A stretch of DNA of 64,000 nt from an uncultured bacterium (GTDB taxonomy: Bacteria > CG03 > SLGR01 > JAGXOG01): NCBI GenBank assembly GCA_964476445.1, contig CAYZAK010000001.1, positions 8,351-72,350 of the forward strand, written 5' to 3'. The translations under genes and the position numbers were made by a program. This document shows positions 10,351 through 19,187 of this stretch, in pieces; the stretch's first letter is position 1; each line of letters starts with the position of its first letter. The notes under the pieces were generated by a model that worked only from the letters and a program-made list of their open reading frames with translations, had not been told where the DNA came from and did no database searches.

Positions 10351-11118
10351 CTATTTTGAATTTTCAATAATAGATTTGGCAGCGTGTTTCCCGGAAAGAA
10401 GCATACCTCCGAATATGGGACCCATACGTGGCGCACCGTACACCGCATTAGCAGCCATTCCGCACACATAGAGACCGGGATACACCTCGTTAGTATTTTT
10501 CACCACTACAGACTCGGCCTTTTCCGCCCACATTGACCTTTCACCCATAATTTTACCGGTAGCAGTATTCAAATCTCCTGTCTTCTCTTCCACCACTTTA
10601 CATATTTCTAAAGGATGCCCGGTGGCTTCTATAACAAATTTTGATTTTACCGCTACCGGATCCACATGCAGTCCCGTCTGTTCAATTGGAGTCCAGTTTA
10701 TAACCACCCCGCAAACTTTATCTTTTCTTATTAAAACATCTTCTACCGAAATACAGTTATTTAGATGACAGCCGGCATCGGCCGCTCCGGCAATTAATTT
10801 GGAAACTGCCTCTATAGATGAAGAAACCAGCTGCCCCTCTTCCCTTTTATAGCTGATATCAAAATCATTCATTATCATTTCTGCTTCAGGCTGAACAACT
10901 ATTTTAGGAAACATCATACCTCCCCCCCACATTCCGCCGCCAAGAGAAAGCTTTCTTTCAAACAGGACTACTTCTTTTCCCTCCTCCGCCAGATACTTTG
11001 CGGCCACCAGCCCCGAAGGACCTCCCCCACCAATTATTACATCAACATCCAGATTATTAAGTAATTCCTCAACCGCGTTATTAATAATCAATTTAGTTAC
11101 TTTAGTTTCATCTATCAT
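10351..11118 (-). CDS. thi4: Thiazole synthase of the Thi4 family (sulfide-dependent type)
   Basis: Dinucleotide-binding motif DVIIGGGGPSGLVAAKYLAEEGKEVVLFERKLSLGGGMWGGGMMFPKIVV, characteristic of Thi4/THI1 ribose-thiazole synthases. Confidence 0.8.
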   Translation of the reverse strand: MIDETKVTKLIINNAVEELLNNLDVDVIIGGGGPSGLVAAKYLAEEGKEVVLFERKLSLGGGMWGGGMMFPKIVVQPEAEMIMNDFDISYKREEGQLVSSSIEAVSKLIAGAADAGCHLNNCISVEDVLIRKDKVCGVVINWTPIEQTGLHVDPVAVKSKFVIEATGHPLEICKVVEEKTGDLNTATGKIMGERSMWAEKAESVVVKNTNEVYPGLYVCGMAANAVYGAPRMGPIFGGMLLSGKHAAKSIIENSK

Positions 11119-11130
11119 TTTTTTTCCTTT

Positions 11131-11538
11131 CTAAAAATGCAATTCCATCGCTTTAGGCGGACAGGGTTCAATACATAATTCACAGGCTATGCAACTGTCC
11201 GATTTAAAAATTACTTCCCTTGTATGTACATCTATTTCTAAGGCGTCGGTGGGACAAATAACCACACAGGCACCGCAATGAGTACATCTATCTTCATCTC
11301 TTTTTATATCTCTGGCCAGAGGCTGTATAGAAACCCCTGCCTTTTTAAGATATTTCATACCTTCCTCATAATCTTTGGCTTCACCTCTTAAAGCCATTAC
11401 CATCAGTCCTTCCTGATCGGGTAATATTTTAGCTTTAAGTATATTAAAACTTAAATTAAAATCCTTAATAAGTCTGTAAACTATAGCTTCATTTACCAAG
11501 CTCCTTGGGAAATGAAGAACTATTTTTTTTGTTTTCAT
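11131..11538 (-). CDS. NIL-domain / 4Fe-4S ferredoxin protein (MA1822-like homocysteine biosynthesis partner)
   Basis: N-terminal NIL-like ligand-binding region followed by two CxxCxxCxxxCP motifs (CTHCGACVVICP, CIACELCIEPCP); adjacent to a COG1900 gene as in methanogen homocysteine biosynthesis clusters. Confidence 0.7.
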   Translation of the reverse strand: MKTKKIVLHFPRSLVNEAIVYRLIKDFNLSFNILKAKILPDQEGLMVMALRGEAKDYEEGMKYLKKAGVSIQPLARDIKRDEDRCTHCGACVVICPTDALEIDVHTREVIFKSDSCIACELCIEPCPPKAMELHF

Positions 11539-11588
11539 ACTTTTCCTCCAACCGTTTTTATGGTCTCTTAATAGTAACTTTTAATATT

Positions 11589-12752
11589 TTATTTTGGCCC
11601 GGGGCCGGGAAGCATTTTCTGGGGTTCCCCGATTAAAAATTCTCCGGCTTTAATATTTTCTTTTAACTTATCGGCGATCTGAACAGCCCGGTAGTAAGAA
11701 GAGAGGGAAGCGGTGGGTACTTTTTTTCCTTTAACTTTTATAGTCCCCGATTTCAACTCCTCATAATTCACCCGACCCAAAATTTTACCTCGGGCTTCAG
11801 GGTAGTCATCGGAATAGTCTACTATGGTACACTCAATATCTTTATCCGAAGCCCCGCAACTGGCCGCTATATCTTCGTCTAAAACGGGAATGGGAATTCC
11901 TAGTCCAACCATTAAACTTACCCCGTAGCCTACCATAGAAACTCCTTTTATCCATTTAGAAGACATCTGTTTTAAATCACCGGTCACCGATAAGGTTCCG
12001 GCCGGCTTTTTGGGAATACCCAGGCTGTTTCGGGGAACATCCGTAACATGCTGAGTCCCGTTCCAGGTTACATAACCGGTAGTACCTCCCAAAAATATTT
12101 TAGTGCCTATACCAATAGTTCTAAACTTAGGATCATTTAATAACGGGGACAACTGACCGGCCGAACAGTAGTTTGCATTACCCAGATCAGGTTTTAATAA
12201 GCCCATGTAGGTATATATAGTTTCATCTGATGTATTGACCGCGCAGTTATAATTCTGATACGCATTTCGAGGGTTATGCATAATAGCTTCGTTAATATCA
12301 TCTATGGTTATTTCGGATTTAACTTCCTTTCTAGGATAGCAATCTGTACCGTATGCTGTTCCCCGAAGAATTACTTTCTTCCCCTTTATTAAATCTTCTA
12401 TTACATGCCCACCTCCATACAAGAACCTGCCCGGATGAACACGGTTTAAAGAATCGTTTTCGCTCATCTGAGTAGCTCCAAGATAGACATCTACCGCCGC
12501 CAGGCCTGCATAAGCTTGTACATCGTTGATATAAATTTCCTGTATTTTTATTTTAGGTTTAGGCTGATCAAAATTTAAAAATACTCCGGAAGAACACATA
12601 GGTCCAAATGTGCCAGTAGTTACTACATCCACCTTCCGGGAAGCCTCTTTGGTGCCCTTATCCTTAACTATATCAACCATCTCTTCGGCAGTGACAACCA
12701 AGGCTTCTCCCTGTTTGATTTTAGCGTTAATCTCTTTTATGGTTTTACTCAT
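11589..12752 (-). CDS. COG1900/DUF39 homocysteine biosynthesis protein (MA1821-like)
   Basis: 387 aa, no TM helices; overall architecture and conserved co-occurrence with the NIL-ferredoxin gene match the DUF39 family. Family assignment from memory of sequence patterns; not profile-verified. Confidence 0.6.
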   Translation of the reverse strand: MSKTIKEINAKIKQGEALVVTAEEMVDIVKDKGTKEASRKVDVVTTGTFGPMCSSGVFLNFDQPKPKIKIQEIYINDVQAYAGLAAVDVYLGATQMSENDSLNRVHPGRFLYGGGHVIEDLIKGKKVILRGTAYGTDCYPRKEVKSEITIDDINEAIMHNPRNAYQNYNCAVNTSDETIYTYMGLLKPDLGNANYCSAGQLSPLLNDPKFRTIGIGTKIFLGGTTGYVTWNGTQHVTDVPRNSLGIPKKPAGTLSVTGDLKQMSSKWIKGVSMVGYGVSLMVGLGIPIPVLDEDIAASCGASDKDIECTIVDYSDDYPEARGKILGRVNYEELKSGTIKVKGKKVPTASLSSYYRAVQIADKLKENIKAGEFLIGEPQKMLPGPGPK

Positions 12753-12823
12753 TGTTTCCTCTTAAATATCTTTATTTATTCCTTATTCTATAAAATTATA
12801 TTATTTTAGCTTTTTGTTCTATT

Positions 12824-13561
12824 TTATTTCATCTGAGTTAAATTGCAAATTTCAATTTGACCGACAGCTCCCATTTTATCATCCATAATAATAAGACATC
12901 CATCCAGACCCGGTATCTTTTTTGATAAATTTAAGCCTTTTTTAATATCTTTTTTATCAATTACACTATTACATATTCTGGTTGCAGCAGCATCCGCCAG
13001 CGCGGTATTTCCGGATATACATACTACAGCATCAGCATTGCCGCCGGATTTAGAATGGCCGACCGTACCGGAAGAGGTGCATAGCCCATAACCCTCTTTT
13101 CGGGGGAACAGTTTTATCCCGACTTTCATACTTAAAGGAGAATCTCCTGCATAAACCGCACTGATCCTTTCCTGTTTAAGTTTAATAAAAACATCGCCCC
13201 CGTTTTCAACAATTACTTCTTTTGATAATTTCAAAAGCTGAACGCCAACATAATCAGACACCGCGCCAGCTACCGCCGCCATAGGACCAACTGAACATTT
13301 TTTAGATTTTCGTACCATCTCCTTTACAATACCGGGCATATCGGAAGAAATTAAAACAGGATCCATCGAAAGTTTAAAATACGGTTTTTTTTTAATGTAA
13401 TTTTCAATCTTTTTACGGGCCTGCAACAAAAATTTACAGCTCTCTTTTTTATATATACCATTCGTAGAAATAAATAAATCGGAGGTTTTTACCTTCACTC
13501 TGTAAGAATCCAGATTATTTTTTTTTATTTTATTCCTGTATTTCCTAAGTAGTTCAACCAT
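12824..13561 (-). CDS. UPF0280 / ApbE-superfamily protein (COG2122-like)
   Basis: Motif SVGPMAAVAGAVSDYVG and overall size match UPF0280. COG2122 is the third member reported with COG1900 and NIL-Fer in anaerobic sulfide assimilation. Confidence 0.5.
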   Translation of the reverse strand: MVELLRKYRNKIKKNNLDSYRVKVKTSDLFISTNGIYKKESCKFLLQARKKIENYIKKKPYFKLSMDPVLISSDMPGIVKEMVRKSKKCSVGPMAAVAGAVSDYVGVQLLKLSKEVIVENGGDVFIKLKQERISAVYAGDSPLSMKVGIKLFPRKEGYGLCTSSGTVGHSKSGGNADAVVCISGNTALADAAATRICNSVIDKKDIKKGLNLSKKIPGLDGCLIIMDDKMGAVGQIEICNLTQMK

Positions 13562-13591
13562 TTTAGCTGATTTGTTTTTTGTTTTCTCTTT

Positions 13592-14467
13592 TTAATAACC
13601 CCATATTTTTTTTTGGGCAAGCTTTTCCCGATTCTCGTCTTCCTGTTTTTTAAATGCTTTTACAATTCCCAAACCAACCTGATTGCATACCGTCTTTAAA
13701 ATTATCTCATCCTCCAGTGAAAACCCGGAAGAATTCTTATCTTTTCCCAATAGTATATACCCTAAATTTTTATTATCTGAAACCATAGATGCCCCCATAA
13801 CCCAGCAATTTTTTTCCAGGACTTTAAATTTATTACCAGAATGTTTTTTAATTAAATGTTCTGCGTTTTTTGAAGTTAAGATACTGTTTTCTGTTTTATA
13901 AACTGTCTGAAACATATCGCTGAAAGGATTTTTTATGCATACCATGCCGCCGTTAACACCTTCTATTCCACCGGACATTATTTTTAATATTCTTTTTGAA
14001 AGTTCATTTATTGAAAGATCTCTTCCCACTATTTTTCCGGTTTCATATACCATTATAAAATACTTAGAAGTTCGCCGTAATCTTATAGATAATTCTTTTA
14101 TACTGTTAAATAAAAAATATAATCCTTCCTCATGGTGTTTAGTAAGAAATTTTTTAAATTCAGAATTATTCAGTTTATATAAAATGGAATCTGTCCTGGC
14201 TATAGCAGTAGCACTACGTTTTTTACTTTCAAAAAGTGCCATTTCCCCGAACATATCTCCTTCTGTAAATAATCCCAGCAACTTGTTCTGTTTTTTAATG
14301 GCTATTTTTCCTTTTACTATTATGTAAATGGCCTGGCCCGGGTCCCCTTCATTAAAGATAGTTGCCCCGGAAGTATATTTTTCTAAAACAATAAGATTTG
14401 CCAAGTCCTGTAAAGAATTTTCAGAAAATACTCTAAAAGATTGTATGTTCTTTAATTTTTCGATCAT
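13592..14467 (-). CDS. Cyclic-nucleotide-binding domain protein with C-terminal GAF-like domain
   Basis: cNMP-binding signature FNEGDPGQAIYIIVKGKIAIK...GDMFGEMALFESKKRSATAIA; C-terminal half is GAF-like; start overlaps pilT stop by 4 nt. Confidence 0.6.
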   Translation of the reverse strand: MIEKLKNIQSFRVFSENSLQDLANLIVLEKYTSGATIFNEGDPGQAIYIIVKGKIAIKKQNKLLGLFTEGDMFGEMALFESKKRSATAIARTDSILYKLNNSEFKKFLTKHHEEGLYFLFNSIKELSIRLRRTSKYFIMVYETGKIVGRDLSINELSKRILKIMSGGIEGVNGGMVCIKNPFSDMFQTVYKTENSILTSKNAEHLIKKHSGNKFKVLEKNCWVMGASMVSDNKNLGYILLGKDKNSSGFSLEDEIILKTVCNQVGLGIVKAFKKQEDENREKLAQKKIWGY

Positions 14468-15534
14468 CGTTGAGCACCGCTTTCTCTTAGTTGCTTCTGT
14501 ATCATATCAGGATTATTTGATTTTGCTACAGCGGTTCCTGAAGTTATTTTTCCGGTTTTTACCAGTCGAATTAAATCTTTATCCAGTGTCTGGCTTCCCT
14601 CCTGCTGGCCGGTCTCTAGGGCACTGTAAATCTGATGAGTTTTGCCCTCTCTTATAAGATTGGAAATACCGGAAGTAACCACCATTATTTCTCTGGCTGC
14701 TACTCTACCCTTTTCATCTGCGGTAATCATAAGTTGCTGACATACTACCGCCTTTAGTACCCCTGCAAGCTGAGTACGAACCTGCTGCTGCTGGTAAGGC
14801 GGGAACACATCTATGATTCTGTCTACAGTCTGGGCCGCATCCGTTGTATGCAGGGTAGCCAGTACCAGATGCCCGGTTTCGGCCAGAGTAAGAGCGGAAG
14901 AAATAGTTTCTAAATCTCTCATTTCTCCAACCAGGCAAACATCGGGATCCTGTCTCATAGCCCGTTTCAGAGCTTCTTTAAAAGAATTGGAATGGCTTCC
15001 TATTTCTCGCTGAGTAATTACACATTTCTTTCTGGGGTACACGTATTCAATAGGATCTTCAATAGTAATTATATGATCTCTTCGGTTTTTATTAATATCG
15101 TTTATTAAGCTGGCCAGCGTTGTAGATTTCCCGCTCCCCGTAGGCCCGGTCACCAAAACCATACCCCGGGGTACCTCTGATAATTCCAGTAATCTTTCCC
15201 CTATCCCAATCTCCTGGGGAAGAGGAATTTCTGATGGTATTACTCTTAAGACCGCTCCTATGCCGTCTTTTTGTTCCAGAACATTTACCCGGAAGCGACC
15301 AATACCCTGCACAGATATGGATGTATCCAGCTCCATATTTTTTTTAAATTTATTAATTAAACTTTCATTTAAAAATCCGAAAATTAAATCCTGTACGTCA
15401 GCCGAAGTCAATACGTCAGTATTTAAACTTTTCATTTCCCCATTGATCCTCAAAAACGGCGGTCGGCCGGGAATTATATGTATATCGGATGCGTCAAATT
15501 TTACAGCGGCCATTAAAATCTCTTTTATACCCAT
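14464..15534 (-). CDS. pilT: Type IV pilus retraction ATPase PilT
   Basis: Walker A VLVTGPTGSGKSTTLASLI; Asp box and His box of PilT/PilU secretion ATPases; whole-length similarity to PilT, with no N-terminal extension of PilB type. Confidence 0.85.
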   Translation of the reverse strand: MGIKEILMAAVKFDASDIHIIPGRPPFLRINGEMKSLNTDVLTSADVQDLIFGFLNESLINKFKKNMELDTSISVQGIGRFRVNVLEQKDGIGAVLRVIPSEIPLPQEIGIGERLLELSEVPRGMVLVTGPTGSGKSTTLASLINDINKNRRDHIITIEDPIEYVYPRKKCVITQREIGSHSNSFKEALKRAMRQDPDVCLVGEMRDLETISSALTLAETGHLVLATLHTTDAAQTVDRIIDVFPPYQQQQVRTQLAGVLKAVVCQQLMITADEKGRVAAREIMVVTSGISNLIREGKTHQIYSALETGQQEGSQTLDKDLIRLVKTGKITSGTAVAKSNNPDMIQKQLRESGAQR

Positions 15535-16095
15535 TTTTTTTCTCCTATTTTACTTGTTATCTATACTCTACACCATCTTAACTATATTAAGATTTAAACC
15601 CGGTAATATGAAATATTTTATTAATGTAACCCGGAATTGGCCTATTTTAAAATATGATTTAAAATTACACCGGTTTTTAAAAATTAAATTTAATTTTGTT
15701 ATATGAAATTTAGATGTCTTTTTTAAATAGTTATCTAATTTAAAAGGGAAGGAAACTGAAAATATTTTTTGAACTCTAAATGTACAATTTAGAAGTTGTA
15801 CGGAATTTTTATTTGATTTAAAAATAAACGTAAATATGATCGAAAACAAACTGTCAACTGGCTTTAAAAGATATCTTATTTTCTTCAGGGGGCAGTATAA
15901 TAATATATTCATTTTATTTTTCCTTTAATAACCGGCTTTGTGAAAGATAAAGAGTTTTTATTCTTAAACTCCCGATGGGCGCCCAGCATATATCTGGGAC
16001 ACTCTGGGCTAGCAAGCTTAGTCAACCTTTTGGAAGAAAAAATATTCCTCCACAGTGCCAGTTCTGGTACTCATCCCATAAATATTTTATAAAAA

Positions 16096-16170
16096 TGGAG
16101 CGGGCGATGGGATTCGAACCCACGACCCTCACGTTGGCAACGTGATGTTCTTCCACTGAACTACGCCCGC
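16096..16170 (-). tRNA. tRNA-Gly (anticodon GCC), CCA encoded
   Basis: Reverse complement GCGGGCGTAGTTCAGTGGAAGAACATCACGTTGCCAACGTGAGGGTCGTGGGTTCGAATCCCATCGCCCGCTCCA. It has a perfect 7-bp acceptor stem, TTCGAAT T-loop and anticodon loop TTGCCAA. Confidence 0.92.
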
Positions 16171-16186
16171 TTTTATATCTATAGCT

Positions 16187-17374
16187 TTATTTTTTTTTAA
16201 GAACTTCTATGCCGGGGAGCGAACTTCCTTCTAAAAAAGTAAGACTGGCTCCACCGCCGGTTGAAATATGAGAATAATCGCTATCGGAAAATCCAAGTTT
16301 TTTAACAGCTGAAACCGTATCTCCACCTCCTAAAATAGTGGTGGCCCCTGATTTTGTTGCTTTCTTTATTCCTTTAAGAACAGATAAAGTTCCCCGGGTA
16401 AACTGTTTTTTTTCAAAAACTCCCATGGGGCCGTTAAAGACTACTGTCCGGGCTGAAAATAATTCCTTCTGATATATTTTAGCAGTTTTTCTGCCTATAT
16501 CCAACCCCATCATATCCCGGGGAATATTTTCATTATATATCTCCTCAATTTTTCTGGGATTTTCTAGGCTGTCTGCCACAATATGGTCTACAGGTAATAA
16601 AATTTCAGCTTTTGAACTATCTGCTTCTTTTAATATATCTTTAGCTGTTTTAATATTTTTTTCATCTATCAGCGATTTACCTACCGACACATCTTTTGCT
16701 TTTAATAATGTATAGGCCATACCGCCGCCTATTAAAATACTGTTGGCCTTATCCAGCATATTGCGTATCACACCTATTTTAGTAGTTATCTTTGCTCCCC
16801 CCAGACAGACAATAAACGGGTTTTCAGGGGTTAATCCCTGGGAAAGAAATTTTACCTCTTTCTGTATAAGTTCACCGGCAAAAGATTCAAGATGTTTGGG
16901 AACTCCTACCATGGAAGCGTGTTCCCGGTGAGCGGTACCAAAAGCATCCTGGACAAAAACATCCGCCAATTCAGCTAAACTCAGGGCAAACTCGGGATTA
17001 TTTTCCTCTTCACCAGAATTGAATCTTAAATTTTCTAAAAGATATACCTGACCTGCAAAAAGTTCAGCCGCTGTCTGTTTTGCTTTTTTTCCGGTAGTAT
17101 CACCAGTAAATTTTACTTTTGTATCAAGCAATTCATTCAACCGCTGAGCCACCGGTCTAAGGGAAAGCTCATTATTTATTTCTCCTTTTGGACGACCAAG
17201 ATGACTCATTAATATTACAGCGGCTCCTTCTTTCAATAATTTTTTAATGGTAGGCAGCGCTTTTTGGATCCGGGTATCATCAGCAATTTGACCTTGTTCA
17301 AGGGGAACATTAAAATCACACCTAACCAGGACCCTCTTGCCATTAACATTTATATCTTTTAGCGTTTTTAACAT
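16187..17374 (-). CDS. pgk: Phosphoglycerate kinase
   Basis: MLKTLKDINVNGKRVLVRCDFNVPLEQGQIADDTRIQKALPTIKKLL...HLGRPKG aligns with the Pgk N-terminus; start moved to ATG at 17374 (the ORF-track extension upstream has no homology). Confidence 0.92.
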   Translation of the reverse strand: MLKTLKDINVNGKRVLVRCDFNVPLEQGQIADDTRIQKALPTIKKLLKEGAAVILMSHLGRPKGEINNELSLRPVAQRLNELLDTKVKFTGDTTGKKAKQTAAELFAGQVYLLENLRFNSGEEENNPEFALSLAELADVFVQDAFGTAHREHASMVGVPKHLESFAGELIQKEVKFLSQGLTPENPFIVCLGGAKITTKIGVIRNMLDKANSILIGGGMAYTLLKAKDVSVGKSLIDEKNIKTAKDILKEADSSKAEILLPVDHIVADSLENPRKIEEIYNENIPRDMMGLDIGRKTAKIYQKELFSARTVVFNGPMGVFEKKQFTRGTLSVLKGIKKATKSGATTILGGGDTVSAVKKLGFSDSDYSHISTGGGASLTFLEGSSLPGIEVLKKK

Positions 17375-17381
17375 GTCTATC

Positions 17382-18383
17382 TTACATTGAGGCCATCTTC
17401 TTAAATAGATCAACACAACGACAGGAATATCCCCACTCATTATCATACCAGGACAATATTTTAATCATATTGTTTTCCATCACATTGGTAGATTGAGCGT
17501 TAAATATAGAAGAAGCGGGATTGTCAATAATGTCACTTGAGACTATGGGATCCTCGGTATATTCAAGAATTCCCTTGAGCTCGCCTTCGGCAGCTTCTTT
17601 CATTGCCCCATTTATTTCTTCTTCAGTAACATCTTTTTCCAGCTCTCCGACAAAATCAACTAAAGAACCGTCAGGGACCGGAACTCTTACAGCCATGCCG
17701 TCAAGTTTGCCATTCATCTCAGGAATTACTTTACCCACTGCAACAGCAGCTCCGGTGGTGGTTGGAAGAATATTTACTGCTGCCGCACGACCACGGGTTA
17801 ATTTGCTGTGAGGCATATCCAGTATAGCCTGTCCGTTAGTATAACCGTGTATAGTAGTCATGAGACCTCTTTTTACTCCAAAATTCTCATTCAATACTTT
17901 TATCAGGGGCGCAAAACAATTTGTGGTACATGAAGCATTGGACACTATCTTATCTTCAGGTTTTAAAATATCATCATTTACTCCCAGTACCAGAGTAGCA
18001 TCTATTTTATCTTTAGCCGGTACGGATAAAAGAACTTTTTTTGCCCCGGCCTGTAAGTGTTTCTCAATTTGTGCTTTTTCTCTAAATACTCCGGTTGATT
18101 CTAGAACATAATCAACCCCTTTTTCTTTCCAGGGTAAATCAGCAGGATCTTTGATACTCAATACTTCAATTTCCTCGCCGTCAACAATTAAACTGTTTTC
18201 TGTAGCTTCTACTGTACCCGGATATTGACCGTGCACTGAATCGTACTTCAATAGATAAGCTAAAGTTTTAGCATCGGTTAAATCGTTTATAGCCTTTACA
18301 TCAAACCCGCCTTCGCTCTGCATTTTCTTGAAAACCTGCCTACCAATTCTACCAAACCCATTAATTCCTATACTTAAACTCAT
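17382..18383 (-). CDS. gap: Glyceraldehyde-3-phosphate dehydrogenase
   Basis: NAD-binding INGFGRIGRQVFK; catalytic SNASCTTNCFAP; start set at ATG 18383, preceded by GGAGGAG Shine-Dalgarno. Confidence 0.92.
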   Translation of the reverse strand: MSLSIGINGFGRIGRQVFKKMQSEGGFDVKAINDLTDAKTLAYLLKYDSVHGQYPGTVEATENSLIVDGEEIEVLSIKDPADLPWKEKGVDYVLESTGVFREKAQIEKHLQAGAKKVLLSVPAKDKIDATLVLGVNDDILKPEDKIVSNASCTTNCFAPLIKVLNENFGVKRGLMTTIHGYTNGQAILDMPHSKLTRGRAAAVNILPTTTGAAVAVGKVIPEMNGKLDGMAVRVPVPDGSLVDFVGELEKDVTEEEINGAMKEAAEGELKGILEYTEDPIVSSDIIDNPASSIFNAQSTNVMENNMIKILSWYDNEWGYSCRCVDLFKKMASM

Positions 18384-18485
18384 ATTCTCCTCCTTAAAAT
18401 TCAAACTTGTCTTTTCCAATACTAAGTTACATTAATCATTAGTATTTTAAACAATTTCCTTAAACTGTCAAATAATATTATTTTT

Positions 18486-19184
18486 TTATCGTAATTGAAT
18501 ATCAGGCTGAAATTCCTGAACTTCTTCCTGGACCTCGCCCAGAATATAAAGTCTTTTAGCAGCAGTTTCTCCCCAGTAAGTGTTTTGATAACGGCTCTGT
18601 AATCTGTTATAAATTTCAACGGCCCTGTCAGTTTCATCTATTAATTCGTAAATTCTAGCTTCCCCGGCCAAGGCTTCGGGTTTCAAATAACTGTCTTCAG
18701 ATACCTGTGTATATACGTCCCGAGCTTCTTCAAAATTCTGATTTTGCTCATAAGAGGAGGCCAGAGACACCAAAATTTCATCAAATATATTGCTCTGGGA
18801 GAATTTTTCCGACGCATTAAATAATACCTGAGCGGACTTCTCAAAATCCTGCTTTTCATAATAGGACATACCTTTTAAGTAATAAACATGGTCCATAATT
18901 CGGGCATTTTTATATTTTTCTTTTATTTCGTTGCTTTTTTCTATAACCCGGTCATAGTTAAATCGTGAATATGCCTCCTGGGCCTCTGAAAATGACTGGG
19001 TTGCATATCTATTTTCAAGGACCCGGGTTCTTATTATAAAAAAACCGGCCAGTCCTAAAATTATAAAAACAGCGACTCCCACTAAAAAATTTTGTCTGTT
19101 TGCTTTTAAGTATTTTATTAGTTTAATGAAAAAATCCTGAACCGGATTTTTTTTCAATTCTTCTTTTACCCATCTTCTGGTCAT
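18486..19184 (-). CDS. Single-pass membrane-anchored TPR-like protein (YfgM-like architecture)
   Basis: N-terminal cytoplasmic stretch, TM helix FLVGVAVFIILGLAGFFII, then helical repeats with TPR spacing. Confidence 0.45.
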   Translation of the reverse strand: MTRRWVKEELKKNPVQDFFIKLIKYLKANRQNFLVGVAVFIILGLAGFFIIRTRVLENRYATQSFSEAQEAYSRFNYDRVIEKSNEIKEKYKNARIMDHVYYLKGMSYYEKQDFEKSAQVLFNASEKFSQSNIFDEILVSLASSYEQNQNFEEARDVYTQVSEDSYLKPEALAGEARIYELIDETDRAVEIYNRLQSRYQNTYWGETAAKRLYILGEVQEEVQEFQPDIQLR

Positions 19185-19187
19185 ATT

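Noticed and set aside
13935-14657. Plus-strand ORFs (130 aa, 109 aa) antisense to the cNMP-binding gene and pilT
   Set aside because: Overlap conserved domains on the opposite strand; low-complexity translations
14714-15013. Short ORFs on both strands inside pilT
   Set aside because: Embedded in the well-supported pilT reading frame; Arg/Cys-rich nonsense translations
15568-15912. 114-aa minus-strand ORF in the AT-rich intergenic region between pilT and tRNA-Gly
   Set aside because: Low-complexity Phe/Lys/Asn/Ile-rich translation, as expected from ~20% GC non-coding DNA; no start context; more likely promoter/UTR sequence
17375-17446. ORF-track N-terminal extension of pgk (MIMSGDIPVVVLIYLRRWPQCKID)
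   Set aside because: No similarity to Pgk N-termini, whereas the internal Met (17374) aligns exactly with the Pgk family start; the extension would also overlap the gap coding end
18384-18419. ORF-track N-terminal extension of gap (MEKTSLNFKEEN)
   Set aside because: The ATG at 18383 is preceded by a strong GGAGGAG Shine-Dalgarno and begins the canonical NAD-binding N-terminus
18422-18637. 71-aa minus-strand ORF overlapping the start of the TPR membrane protein gene
   Set aside because: Alternative frame of the same region; shorter and lacking features; the 232-aa frame has a coherent TM + TPR architecture
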